Notes under the pieces: model-generated
What the model saw: the letters and a program-made list of their open reading frames with translations, nothing else
The model's database searches: none
Told to the model about the DNA's origin: nothing
IMG/VR virus record: IMGVR_UViG_2778261089_000004
Origin: a virus
Lineage: Duplodnaviria > Heunggongvirae > Uroviricota > Caudoviricetes
DNA: 39,144 bases
Direction: 5' to 3' (one strand)
Part shown: piece by piece, positions 1 to 8,753 of the stretch
Position numbering within the stretch: the stretch's first letter is position 1
How the letters are laid out: each line of letters opens with the position of its first letter
Position numbers and translations under genes: made by a program

Positions 1-768
1 TTATTTTCCTGGTGATTCGGATGATGCGTCATACATCGCGCATAAACACTCATCAATTATCCAGTCATCTTCCCAGACCTGATATTCTGTCATTGGTTCG
101 GGCTGTTTTAGCGGGTTCTCAATCGCTTGCCGCGCTCTTTCTTTCAGTAAAGGATGATTATTTCTAGCCCAGGCATTGATTTGGGTGGTAATGACGTTAT
201 CGATATCGTCCTGGTTATCTCTGATATAATCCTCACAATATCTGTTCAATAAACAGGCAAGAGAAACGGTCGACCAAAAGCCGGGAACTGAATTAATGGC
301 ATCCAGCAATGGCGCAAGAGCGATATCGGCACGGAAAAACATTTCCAGCATATACTGTAATTCGACAGCTTCATCGCCGGATACCCAATCAGTCATATAC
401 TGGCAGGCAAATCGTTGCAAAATTTTCCATTCATCCTCACGCCAATTTTCTTTACTGGCAAGGTTTATACGCCGTAGAGAAAATACTTCGTGAATATTGT
501 CAAACTGCCCCTGTGCAACAAATTCCAGTAAACGCGGCAGAAAATAGCGGACCTCATCGCTATTTTGCGGATCAGGCCCTGGGCTACTATTCCATGCATT
601 GATTAAGGAATACGAGATCGCTCGTAACGATGTACTCCGTAATACCTTTTGTTCCTGCTGACTCAGGCAATATTCACAACAAACCACAAATTTCTGCGGC
701 ACCGGATAACGACGAAAAATATGATAAATCTGCTCAATTAATGCCTGCATGGCGGGGCTGGGTTGCAT
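1..768 (-). CDS. hypothetical protein (255 aa), last gene of a three-gene minus-strand cassette; stop codon is the first three bases of the window
   Basis: Complete ORF; its start lies 3 nt past the stop of the upstream gene (771). No recognisable domain; Cys pair near N-terminus (VVCCEYC). Confidence 0.55.
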   Translation of the reverse strand: MQPSPAMQALIEQIYHIFRRYPVPQKFVVCCEYCLSQQEQKVLRSTSLRAISYSLINAWNSSPGPDPQNSDEVRYFLPRLLEFVAQGQFDNIHEVFSLRRINLASKENWREDEWKILQRFACQYMTDWVSGDEAVELQYMLEMFFRADIALAPLLDAINSVPGFWSTVSLACLLNRYCEDYIRDNQDDIDNVITTQINAWARNNHPLLKERARQAIENPLKQPEPMTEYQVWEDDWIIDECLCAMYDASSESPGK

Positions 769-770
769 AA

Positions 771-1481
771 TTACCCCCTCGCCCGCTGATCGCGTGTAAA
801 CGGTTGATAGACAAAACGAGCATTCGCCGCGTTCAGGCGAATAAGGGCGCTACGCGAAAGGGAAAAGCTGGGGCGAATGCAACTATTGCAGTCTCGACAG
901 CTTTCCTCTGCGCAATTTTCCACTGAGTAATGACGCGTGTAGAGTTTCAGTTCGGCCTGCTTATCGCGAAATCCGCGTAAACTGTTATTGTTATGAAATT
1001 TCCAGGCATCTTTTAAGACCTGAAAGATATAGACATCCTCAATCCAGGAGTCACATTTTTTAAGCGGGCGCTTTGCTATTATCACCCGCTCATCCGGATT
1101 TAGCATCGCCGTAAATTGTACGGTGACGTCATTTGTCGTGTTCAGGTCACATTGAACATCTGGTACATCACTGATATAGGGGTCAAATCCAAAATCAGCA
1201 CCACAGGCACAAAGACGGCTAATGGTGGCGGTATCGAGGGAAAATCCCGGCCATACCTTGCTGGAGGTTAAGCCAATATTTAATGTGACATTATATCGAA
1301 GCAATCCCTCAAGACCGTCAGCACCGACGAACTTTTCCCCTTCATCCAGGGCCTGGTTAATGAGTTGCTGAACAATGCCTTCATCCCAGTATGCCGATTT
1401 GCAGTTGGCAATCGTAATATCCACGCCAGTGAATGGATCAGTACCGACAAGGCTTGCAAATAATGTATTAACTAATTCCAT
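771..1481 (-). CDS. hypothetical Cys-rich protein (236 aa), middle gene of cassette
   Basis: Complete ORF tightly packed between neighbours; C-terminal cluster C-x4-C-x2-C-x2-C (CAEESCRDCNSC) suggests metal binding. No family recognised. Confidence 0.55.
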   Translation of the reverse strand: MELVNTLFASLVGTDPFTGVDITIANCKSAYWDEGIVQQLINQALDEGEKFVGADGLEGLLRYNVTLNIGLTSSKVWPGFSLDTATISRLCACGADFGFDPYISDVPDVQCDLNTTNDVTVQFTAMLNPDERVIIAKRPLKKCDSWIEDVYIFQVLKDAWKFHNNNSLRGFRDKQAELKLYTRHYSVENCAEESCRDCNSCIRPSFSLSRSALIRLNAANARFVYQPFTRDQRARG

Positions 1482-1495
1482 TTTTATTATCCGCC

Positions 1496-3013
1496 TTAAT
1501 GCAACGTTTTATACATCGGCACATAACCTACATCTTCCACCAGGCTCTGCCCCTGCGGCGTTAAAAACCACTCCACCAATTTTTGTGTTTCTGACGTCAT
1601 ATTTTCCCGCGTTACCATAAAGGCATCGACGATATAGGGATATTTGCCGTTGCGAATGTTTTCGGCAGTCGGTGCAATACCGTTAATCGCTAGCAGTTTT
1701 ATATTTTTATCGGCGTTCATTTGTGTTGCGTAATAACGGAAGGTGTAACCTATTGCGTTGTTTGTATTACGGTATTCGGCAACGACTTTAATCATTCCCT
1801 CCATCATACTTGCCACTTCTGTTTCCTGCGGCGAGATCATGCGGACATTTTTCATGACCTGGGATTGCATCACCGTCTGGCTACCAGAGTCTTCCGGGCG
1901 TTGCCAGGTCTGGATCTCCTGATCGTTACCGCCAACCGTGCGCCAGTTGGTAATTGCACCACTGAAGATGTCACGCACTTGTTGTTCGGTCAGGGAATTA
2001 ACCGGGTTATCTACATTGACGATGAAAACAAACGCTTCACGGGCAAAAGGCGTGTAAATCAAAGTGACGCCCGATTCCTCCGCGCGTTTTTTCTGCCCAC
2101 CGGAAGGTTGAGCCACAAAGATAATATCGGCATTACCTTTAACAATCTTGTTATATGCTTCGGGAGTACGAGAGTTCGCCAGATATTCCCATTCGTGAAA
2201 ATCTTCCGGCAAAACGCTTAGTGCATAAAAGGCAGAGGCATAAATGGGGTACGCCGCCGTTGCGCCATCAAGTCGCGGCCAGTTTTGCGTGAACTGAATT
2301 TGCGGTTTACCACGCAGTGGTGTCAGTTGATTATTGAGTTTATCGGGTCGCCAGGCCCAGGTATCAATATTTTCACGCACACCGACGCCGGGATTAAGCT
2401 GTTTATATAAATAAGCCTGGTAACCGGCGACAAAACCAAGCATGAGAAGGATAAACAAGAGAGAATTACGGCAACGTAACCCGGACGTGCCCGTTAAAGG
2501 ATATCTGGTCGGCCAGCCGTACCCCAGCGAAAAACTGATATGCGCGCCAACAGGTATAATGACTAACCACCAGTACTCACCACCGACTAATGAGGCTAAC
2601 AAAACGCCCAGCCAGGGGAGCATAAGATCAGCCAACCAACCCGCTCCCATCTGGCGAAATTGATAATCTGCCAGATGCAGCGCGATTATCCAGACCCCCA
2701 GGGTTAATAATGCGGGTACTAAAAAAAGACATTGTCGCCAGACGGCTATTTCTCTTTTTTCTGGTGCACTATCGTCCGCCCACACTCGCCCCGAGAAAAA
2801 TAGCATTAATGCGCCCAGCGCCAGCATAAAAATGTTGAGCAGAAGGTAAATTGTTGGCGTGATAAAGATATTACAAACTTCAATAATACCGGCAAGTCCG
2901 ACACCCAGCATGGCAATAACCGCCGCCAAAAACTGCGCCAGAATGGGGATGCCGAAAAAAGTCATTACCAGCGAGGTCAAAATCCATTTTCTGTTTTGCA
3001 TTATTCTTTCCAT
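1496..3013 (-). CDS. integral membrane protein with C-terminal PstS-like (periplasmic phosphate-binding-protein-type) domain, 505 aa
   Basis: N-terminal about 230 aa with multiple hydrophobic helices; C-terminal half resembles type-2 periplasmic binding domains of the PstS family (e.g. FSGAITNWRTVGG). Start may be the Met at 3001. Domain call from memory. Confidence 0.6.
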   Translation of the reverse strand: MERIMQNRKWILTSLVMTFFGIPILAQFLAAVIAMLGVGLAGIIEVCNIFITPTIYLLLNIFMLALGALMLFFSGRVWADDSAPEKREIAVWRQCLFLVPALLTLGVWIIALHLADYQFRQMGAGWLADLMLPWLGVLLASLVGGEYWWLVIIPVGAHISFSLGYGWPTRYPLTGTSGLRCRNSLLFILLMLGFVAGYQAYLYKQLNPGVGVRENIDTWAWRPDKLNNQLTPLRGKPQIQFTQNWPRLDGATAAYPIYASAFYALSVLPEDFHEWEYLANSRTPEAYNKIVKGNADIIFVAQPSGGQKKRAEESGVTLIYTPFAREAFVFIVNVDNPVNSLTEQQVRDIFSGAITNWRTVGGNDQEIQTWQRPEDSGSQTVMQSQVMKNVRMISPQETEVASMMEGMIKVVAEYRNTNNAIGYTFRYYATQMNADKNIKLLAINGIAPTAENIRNGKYPYIVDAFMVTRENMTSETQKLVEWFLTPQGQSLVEDVGYVPMYKTLH

Positions 3014-3132
3014 TCTTTCTGAATGGCGAAATTATACTCCCCGAGTCCCCTTGCTGATGCGCCGCGCGATAAACGTACCTATTTCCGTGAGATAAATTAC
3101 ATCGCCGCGGCATTTCAATATCAGAAAAAGAA

Positions 3133-3705
3133 TTACAACTCAGCTTGAGTTTGAAGTTCCTCTACAGGGTGATAACGATAAATCGTCGATATACCGATAT
3201 CGTAAATAATTGCCAACTGTTTTCTGCTATAGCCATTTTTGATCAGCCTTGCTATTTGTTCATGTTGCTCTTTTGTCAGTTTCGGACGACGTCCACCAAT
3301 ACGCCCCTGTGCACGTGCTGCTTCAAGTCCGGCCAGTGTTCGTTCAACTATTAATTCACGCTCCATTTCCGCTAAAGCCCCCATGACGTGAAAAAAGAAA
3401 CGTCCCATGGGTGTTGACGTATCAATGCTGTCTGTAAGACTACGGAAGTTAACCCCTTTTTCCCGCAGTTCCTCAATAAGAGTGATGAGGTGTTTCATGC
3501 TTCTGCCCAGCCTGTCCAGCTTCCAGACAACGAGCGTATCTCCTTCTGATAACGTTCTGAGCAGCTTTTTCAATCCTGGTCTGGCTGACTTTGTTCCGCT
3601 GATTTTATCCTCAAAAATCAGTTCACATCCTGCGCAGTTCAGTGCGTTTCGTTGTAAATCTGTATTCTGGTCATTTGTTGACACACGAATGTAGCCAATT
3701 TGCAT
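3133..3705 (-). CDS. gin: Gin/Pin/Cin/Hin-family serine DNA invertase (190 aa)
   Basis: Start MQIGYIRVSTNDQNTDLQ with catalytic Ser in the RVSTNDQ motif, conserved LVVWKLDRLGRSMKHL and MGRFFFHVMGALAEMEREL, C-terminal HTH; RBS AAGAGGA upstream of ATG at 3705. Track ORF extends to 3840 but internal Met is the likely start. Confidence 0.9.
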   Translation of the reverse strand: MQIGYIRVSTNDQNTDLQRNALNCAGCELIFEDKISGTKSARPGLKKLLRTLSEGDTLVVWKLDRLGRSMKHLITLIEELREKGVNFRSLTDSIDTSTPMGRFFFHVMGALAEMERELIVERTLAGLEAARAQGRIGGRRPKLTKEQHEQIARLIKNGYSRKQLAIIYDIGISTIYRYHPVEELQTQAEL

Positions 3706-3759
3706 GAAAAATATCCTCTTTGTTTTGTTAAAAATACATAGCTGGTATAGGTGGGAGTT

Positions 3760-3785
3760 AAGACGAAAACGTTGGTTTGGGAGAA
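3760..3785. repeat. gix-like recombination site (aagacgaaaacg-tt-ggtttgggagaa)
   Basis: 12-2-12 bp architecture of Gin/Hin crossover sites; inner half ggtttgggagaa is the exact reverse complement of the ttctcccaaacc half of the partner site. Confidence 0.75.
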
Positions 3786-4130
3786 GCGGCGAAAAGGGAT
3801 GTGGGCACAGGAGATAATCAGATACCGGATATGGGAGCATTCGCTTCTGGTTCGGGATGGTTCAGGCTACCAGGTGGATATATTGTTCAGTTTGGCACTT
3901 TTGCAGGAAACACGACCCGCTTTATCAGTGGACACTTCCCTATACCATTCCCTAATCAGCCGATGGTTTCAGTCAGTGTTATGTCTGATGCCGTTCAGTC
4001 AGACCCGTCGATTCCTGCCCCGCAGGTTTTGTCTGTAAATTTTGAACATATCAGTAATTCAGCGTGGCGTGTGGCAACCAGTGATATCTCACAGCAATAC
4101 AGATTCAGTTATATTTCGATAGGATGGTAG
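3777..4130 (+). CDS. alternative tail-fibre C-terminal segment (Sv-prime-like), silent in the present orientation
   Basis: Reading frame runs through the gix site in frame; after inversion it would be fused to the constant N-terminal 162 aa of the tail fibre. No independent ATG or RBS. Confidence 0.6.
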   Translation: MGEAAKRDVGTGDNQIPDMGAFASGSGWFRLPGGYIVQFGTFAGNTTRFISGHFPIPFPNQPMVSVSVMSDAVQSDPSIPAPQVLSVNFEHISNSAWRVATSDISQQYRFSYISIGW

Positions 4131-4573
4131 AAATGCAGAAATATATTTTCAGTGCCGATAAAAATGCGTTTTTCCCTGTGGAGCTTAAAATCGCTTATCA
4201 GGAATCCGGCGAATGGCCCGATGATGGAATCAAAATTGACGACACTGTTGCTGCCGAATTTATGAAGGAAGCACCAGAAGGAAAATACAGAGGTGTCATC
4301 GACGGAATGCCTGCATGGATTGATATTCCACCGCCAACTCATGAGGAACAAATTGCCGCAGCCGAATTGGAAAAGCAGCAATTGATTAATCAGGTCAACG
4401 AATACATAAACAGTAAGCAATGGCCTGGTAAAGCGGCGATTGGTCGCCTGAAAGGTGAGGAACTGGCGCAATATAATTTGTGGCTGGATTATCTGGACGC
4501 ACTAGAACTGGTCGATACTTCCGGTGCGCCAGATATTGAATGGCCTACGCCTCCGGCAGTTCAGGCCAGATGA
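4124..4573 (+). CDS. tail fibre assembly chaperone, alternative copy (U-prime-like)
   Basis: 149 aa; C-terminus GAPDIEWPTPP matches the conserved Tfa C-terminal motif also present in the opposed copy (TAPDVIWPELP). Confidence 0.7.
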   Translation: MVEMQKYIFSADKNAFFPVELKIAYQESGEWPDDGIKIDDTVAAEFMKEAPEGKYRGVIDGMPAWIDIPPPTHEEQIAAAELEKQQLINQVNEYINSKQWPGKAAIGRLKGEELAQYNLWLDYLDALELVDTSGAPDIEWPTPPAVQAR

Positions 4574-5162
4574 CATCCGGCGCGGTTCTGGTATCTGTTG
4601 CCGTCACCGCATCAATGTAATCCAGCACAGCGTTTAGACGGGTTGTTTCTGCCTGCGTCAGCTTCCGTCCGGCCTGTAATTTCAGTTGAATCAGACTGAT
4701 GGAAGCCATTGCTGCATCAATCAGTGACTGGCGCTGTGCTTCTGCCGCTTCTACTGCGGCGCTATGCTGTGCCTCAGTATTCGTCACCCATTTCTCACCA
4801 TCCCATTTATCATATGGCGTTAACGGGGCGATAGTGGTTGTATTTTCAGGGTAATCACCCAGAGCTGTGATTTCTTTCGATTCTCCTGTTTCGGTGCTAT
4901 AGATGATTTCACCGCGATGGTCTGGCACATATTCCCATGAGTTAAAATCTGCAGAACGGCAGATTGCATAACCAGCTTTATGTGTAACTGGTGCATCTAA
5001 ACAAGAACATGCCGGGATGCCGACGCCAACCGCAAGATATTCAGTTGATGTGGAAAGATATTCCCGCGTCTTGCTGTCGTAGTTGTATATGACGACTTCA
5101 CCCGCGACAGTCGCCAGTAGGGCCTCATTCAGTGTGACTGTATTCATGGTATCCTCGCGCAT
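4545..5162 (-). CDS. tail fibre assembly chaperone (U-like), expressed orientation
   Basis: 205 aa; start ATG overlaps the tail fibre stop; conserved Tfa C-terminal motif. Confidence 0.75.
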   Translation of the reverse strand: MREDTMNTVTLNEALLATVAGEVVIYNYDSKTREYLSTSTEYLAVGVGIPACSCLDAPVTHKAGYAICRSADFNSWEYVPDHRGEIIYSTETGESKEITALGDYPENTTTIAPLTPYDKWDGEKWVTNTEAQHSAAVEAAEAQRQSLIDAAMASISLIQLKLQAGRKLTQAETTRLNAVLDYIDAVTATDTRTAPDVIWPELPEA

Positions 5163-6154
5163 TATGCCGCCCTCACGATGTAGTTGAATGCAATATTACG
5201 AGGTCTGTTTTCTGTCGCTGTAGGAACAACTCTTGAGACATCCAAATTAGCGTAAATATGACGATCTGTCATAGAAACTGATGACTTACCTGTAGATTCA
5301 GCTTTTATCACAACGGAATCATACATTCCCTCATCATTCCCAAAAAATGCACCAGAGCCATTGCCAAAAAAATACAGTGATGATATTTCATGCCTTGCAC
5401 CAATTGTCCCCGTGATATTTCTGATTGCATCTCCCTGAGAGTTCAATATAGTTCGGCCCGAATCAACTCCACGCCCGTCATCCCAGCCGCGAATAAATTC
5501 ACCGCGTAAATCAGGCAATTTATTTGTCGGGTAAGCCTTTGCCTGTTCCGGGTATTCTTCAGCAGAAAAAGCTGCACCGTTGCATTTCAGCCAGCCTGTT
5601 GGCGGAGTGGCTGAGGGCCACGGAACAGGCACCCCAACAGGTAATGCAGAGCCTTCTCCCAAACCAAGGTTTTTGACAAACAGCGCAGGCTCAGGAATAT
5701 CTGCGCCGTTCTGGTCTTTAGCCAGCTTTTCCGCCAGCTTGTTCAGTACCGTAGTCGCAAAGTTTGGATCATTACCGAGAGCGTCAGCCAGCTCTTTAAG
5801 CGTATCCAGTGTCTCAGGGGCGCTGCCTGCAAGTGCCGCAAGTGCTTTGGCCACAAACTCCGTCGTCGCCAGCTTTTTGCTGTTATCACCATTTGCAGGT
5901 GTAGGTGCTGTTGGTGTGCCGGTGAATGTCGGACTGGCTTTCGTCGCGTACTGGGTATGCGGGTCAACTGCCGCGATATGTGCAGCCAGGTCTGTTCCGC
6001 TTTTTTCGACCTTCTGTTTGAGGTATGACGTTCGGCTGGCCAGTTGTTTAGCCTGGCGGTTAGAAATTCCGTCAGGTCCGCCCAGAACGGGGTCAGAGAC
6101 CTCAATCTGGTAGATGCCGTCTTCCCACTGCGGGGTTTCGGGTAGATTTGCCAT
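5162..6154 (-). CDS. tail fibre protein (Mu S / P2 H-like), constant N-terminus plus invertible C-terminal domain
   Basis: N-terminal PETPQWEDGIYQIE motif typical of P2 H / Mu S tail fibres; gix site at codon 163. Confidence 0.85.
   Translation of the reverse strand: MANLPETPQWEDGIYQIEVSDPVLGGPDGISNRQAKQLASRTSYLKQKVEKSGTDLAAHIAAVDPHTQYATKASPTFTGTPTAPTPANGDNSKKLATTEFVAKALAALAGSAPETLDTLKELADALGNDPNFATTVLNKLAEKLAKDQNGADIPEPALFVKNLGLGEGSALPVGVPVPWPSATPPTGWLKCNGAAFSAEEYPEQAKAYPTNKLPDLRGEFIRGWDDGRGVDSGRTILNSQGDAIRNITGTIGARHEISSLYFFGNGSGAFFGNDEGMYDSVVIKAESTGKSSVSMTDRHIYANLDVSRVVPTATENRPRNIAFNYIVRAA
5654..5679. repeat. gix-like recombination site (ttctcccaaacc-aa-ggtttttgacaa) inside the tail fibre gene
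   Basis: Near-palindromic 26-mer closely resembling the hix/gix type (ttatcaaaaacc-aa-ggtttttgataa, from memory); lies at about codon 163 of the tail fibre ORF. Confidence 0.8.
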
Positions 6155-6156
6155 AA

Positions 6157-6735
6157 TTAACTGCTCCCGTGGTTGTAACTACCGTCATAACGGGTAGTAC
6201 TGTTGTATCGAATGGCGACAGACTGATATTCCAGACTTGCCAGATGACAGCGAGCCGGAGCAAAGGCAGCAAGCGTCTGACGTAACAGCGCCGCCTGATC
6301 GTTAGTGATGGGTTGTTGAAGGATGACGCGATAGACTGCCCAGGCTTGTGCATCACCATGGACGAAAAGCCCGTTGTACGTGTGTCTGCCGTCATAGCCA
6401 ATCTGCCCCGTACCTTCAATCAGATCCACTTCGCCGAAGCCAAAACGGCGGATAATTTCCCGGATTGACCACGGTGTTCCTTTATAGCGGTGTAGCTCGA
6501 TAGCGGATTTGATAAGCATGCGGCGTACATCGTCCGATTCCGCCAGTTCCCAGCCATCGCCGAACAGCGAGAACTGCTCGCCAAGCCATGGCAGCGCGGA
6601 ACTGTCGACAATATCGACGAGACCGACCATCAGTACGCTCAGGTCGATGTTATCCAGCCGTCCGGCCAGTCTTCCCAGCGTTCTGAGACTGATATCACCC
6701 TCAAGCGGTGGCGGGAGTTGTAGCACCTCAGCCAT
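6157..6735 (-). CDS. baseplate protein, P2 gpI-like / Mu gp48-like
   Basis: 192 aa, position between baseplate J-like gene and tail fibre. Confidence 0.6.
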   Translation of the reverse strand: MAEVLQLPPPLEGDISLRTLGRLAGRLDNIDLSVLMVGLVDIVDSSALPWLGEQFSLFGDGWELAESDDVRRMLIKSAIELHRYKGTPWSIREIIRRFGFGEVDLIEGTGQIGYDGRHTYNGLFVHGDAQAWAVYRVILQQPITNDQAALLRQTLAAFAPARCHLASLEYQSVAIRYNSTTRYDGSYNHGSS

Positions 6736-7831
6736 CGGACACCCCGGTCATGTTAAGAGTGATCGCCGTACAGTTTGCCCATTCGTTTTCTGCCACCACC
6801 CTCAGTGCCGGTGTCACCAGTTCGACCTGGTACACCCCGGAAACGGACAACACGCTGATAATCTGGCTGGGAACAATATCGCGCCCCAGCGTGGCGGTAC
6901 GGGATGCCACCCAGTTCTGTATGGCGCTGTTAGCGTTGTCCTTTACCAACCTTGCATCCTGATCACGATAGATCGTAATCCTGGCTTCAATGGTGTAATC
7001 CACCTGAACAGGTGTTTTAGCCCGCACGGTATCAGTGAGTGGTCTGACTTTTTCGTCAGAACAGAAACTCTCTACCAGAGTGAGGATACTGCTGTCCGGC
7101 AGACCAGTGCTGAGCAGCGGATACAGCTCGACAGTGCCGGGAACGGGAGAAAGAACAGCAACGTCGACAATGCCGGGATGCGCCCCCATAGCATGAAAAC
7201 GGTATGCACCACGGCTTCCGGCATTGGTGAATGACTCCGGGGCCAGCCTGATACGCTCCCGGAGCCGGTCATCGTCTTCCTGCTCTGAACCGCCAGAGCT
7301 GGCCGTCAGATTGGTCACCAGCAGGTCAATGTTATCAATCTCATCGAGTAACTGACTGACCTGCGCCGGTTGCCAGCCGTTGCCAGCGGTACCCGGCTCG
7401 GTACAGGTGGCCGTGACATTGACCAGCAGCAATCCGGCCTTCAGCACCACGTCTGTATCGGTGGCAAAAATAATACTGTCGGAAGCGCTGACGCGGGTGC
7501 CTGCCGGGATCAGCACATCAATGGCCAGTGCCTCATCCACAGAGAACTGAAGTGTGGTGGTGGCAGGCTGCGCGGCAAGGCGGTATACACCGACCAGTTC
7601 ACCGAGGTAATCAATCATCGGCTCACGGGAAAAAGCGACCAGATTCTGCTTCGCCGCCTCCTGTACTGCCACCCTGACCAGCATTTCGCGATAGGCCCAC
7701 AGGTCAATCAGCAGACGTTCAGCCTGTGCCGGGTACAGCGTTTTTCCGGTATCCGCTTCATACTTCGCAATCATTTCTGCCGTGATTTTATCGGCATCGC
7801 GTTCAATAAAATCGGGTTCTGTCAGCGCCAT
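6728..7831 (-). CDS. baseplate J-like protein (Mu gp47 / P2 gpJ-like)
   Basis: 367 aa, conserved position and size. Confidence 0.8.
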   Translation of the reverse strand: MALTEPDFIERDADKITAEMIAKYEADTGKTLYPAQAERLLIDLWAYREMLVRVAVQEAAKQNLVAFSREPMIDYLGELVGVYRLAAQPATTTLQFSVDEALAIDVLIPAGTRVSASDSIIFATDTDVVLKAGLLLVNVTATCTEPGTAGNGWQPAQVSQLLDEIDNIDLLVTNLTASSGGSEQEDDDRLRERIRLAPESFTNAGSRGAYRFHAMGAHPGIVDVAVLSPVPGTVELYPLLSTGLPDSSILTLVESFCSDEKVRPLTDTVRAKTPVQVDYTIEARITIYRDQDARLVKDNANSAIQNWVASRTATLGRDIVPSQIISVLSVSGVYQVELVTPALRVVAENEWANCTAITLNMTGVSDG

Positions 7832-8169
7832 AGCAGTTCCTGAGTACGGGGTTGTCCGTCTGAGCCTTTCCAGCTCACCCGGAGCGTAAGATGTTCGCCG
7901 TCGACGGCGGGTTTAACCGACATAAGCTGGCAGCGGGGTTCCCAGCGCCTGATGGCATCGACGGATTCGCGAACCACATGCGGAATGGCCCGGTCGACAG
8001 GCCAGTCGATATAAAGGTGCAGATTACTGCCGAACTCCGGGCGATGCGGGTCGCTGCCCCGGGGAGTCCGCAGGATGATTAGGATGGACTGCCGGATATC
8101 ATCCAGCCCCCGGACAATTTCGCCGGGAGCCTGCAGAGCCGGTTGCCAGAATACTGAGGTCGTTTTCAT
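7822..8169 (-). CDS. baseplate wedge protein, GPW/gp25-like (Mu gp46-like)
   Basis: 115 aa; overlaps downstream J-like gene; position. Confidence 0.7.
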   Translation of the reverse strand: MKTTSVFWQPALQAPGEIVRGLDDIRQSILIILRTPRGSDPHRPEFGSNLHLYIDWPVDRAIPHVVRESVDAIRRWEPRCQLMSVKPAVDGEHLTLRVSWKGSDGQPRTQELLWR

Positions 8170-8225
8170 GGAGGCAGTATTGCCCCCGGGAAGTAAGCGC
8201 CGATATTAAAGGCGTTTAAGAAGGT

Positions 8226-8753
8226 TCAATGGGAGTGGTGATTAGAGTTCTGACCATCAGCAAATATGTCACCCGTTGCATGGGCGCTTCCGTTGATTTC
8301 CAGATCACCATTGAGTGTCGCGGGACCGTTGATTGTGGTAACTCCCGTGAGGTCAATGTTTTTCCCTTTGAGAGAGATATCAGCGGCAACCTCCACCACG
8401 ATATGCTCAATACCTCCTCTGACCGTCAGCGTATGGGTCGCGCGGTTATAACTGAACTCCGCGCCATCAGCGTATTTCGTACCCCGGACGTTTTTATCAC
8501 TGAACGGCGGTTTATCGACGTCTGAGTACACCGCGCCCAGAATAACACCATCCTCGCCGTTGGCATCGAGCAGCACCTCAACCTGCTCCCCCACGTCAGG
8601 GAGCCAGTAATCCTTGTTATCCTGGGTATTGCGCTGTAGCACGTTAAGCCAGTTTGTGCGCAGATTATCGCATTCAGGCAGACGAACGCGGGCCTGAACC
8701 CTGTCGGCATCAACGGCACTGACCGTACCGACCTGACGGGTGACACCAGTCAT
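8226..8753 (-). CDS. baseplate assembly protein V-like / spike (Mu gp45-like)
   Basis: 175 aa, gpV-like N-terminal OB-fold sequence; position. Confidence 0.7.
   Translation of the reverse strand: MTGVTRQVGTVSAVDADRVQARVRLPECDNLRTNWLNVLQRNTQDNKDYWLPDVGEQVEVLLDANGEDGVILGAVYSDVDKPPFSDKNVRGTKYADGAEFSYNRATHTLTVRGGIEHIVVEVAADISLKGKNIDLTGVTTINGPATLNGDLEINGSAHATGDIFADGQNSNHHSH

Larger units (their letters stand above)
3760..5679. mobile_element. G-segment-like invertible DNA segment (about 1.9 kb) bounded by inverted gix/hix-type recombination sites
   Basis: 26-bp sites at 3760-3785 and 5654-5679 are inverted relative to each other (21/26 identical after reverse-complementing one); segment holds two opposed tail-fibre C-terminus plus assembly-chaperone cassettes; gin adjacent. 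Confidence 0.8.

Noticed and set aside
1721-2221. 166-aa plus-strand ORF
   Set aside because: Antisense within the 505-aa membrane / PstS-like gene.
3751-4038. 95-aa plus-strand ORF overlapping the alternative tail-fibre segment
   Set aside because: Wrong frame relative to the in-frame continuation across the gix site; the 3777 frame is the one that fuses to the tail fibre constant region after inversion.
5580-6113. 177-aa Ser/Ala-rich plus-strand ORF
   Set aside because: Antisense to the tail fibre gene; low-complexity translation.
3760-6154. Diversity-generating retroelement as the source of tail-fibre variation
   Set aside because: No reverse transcriptase gene and no template/variable repeat pair; variation is explained by Gin-mediated inversion.
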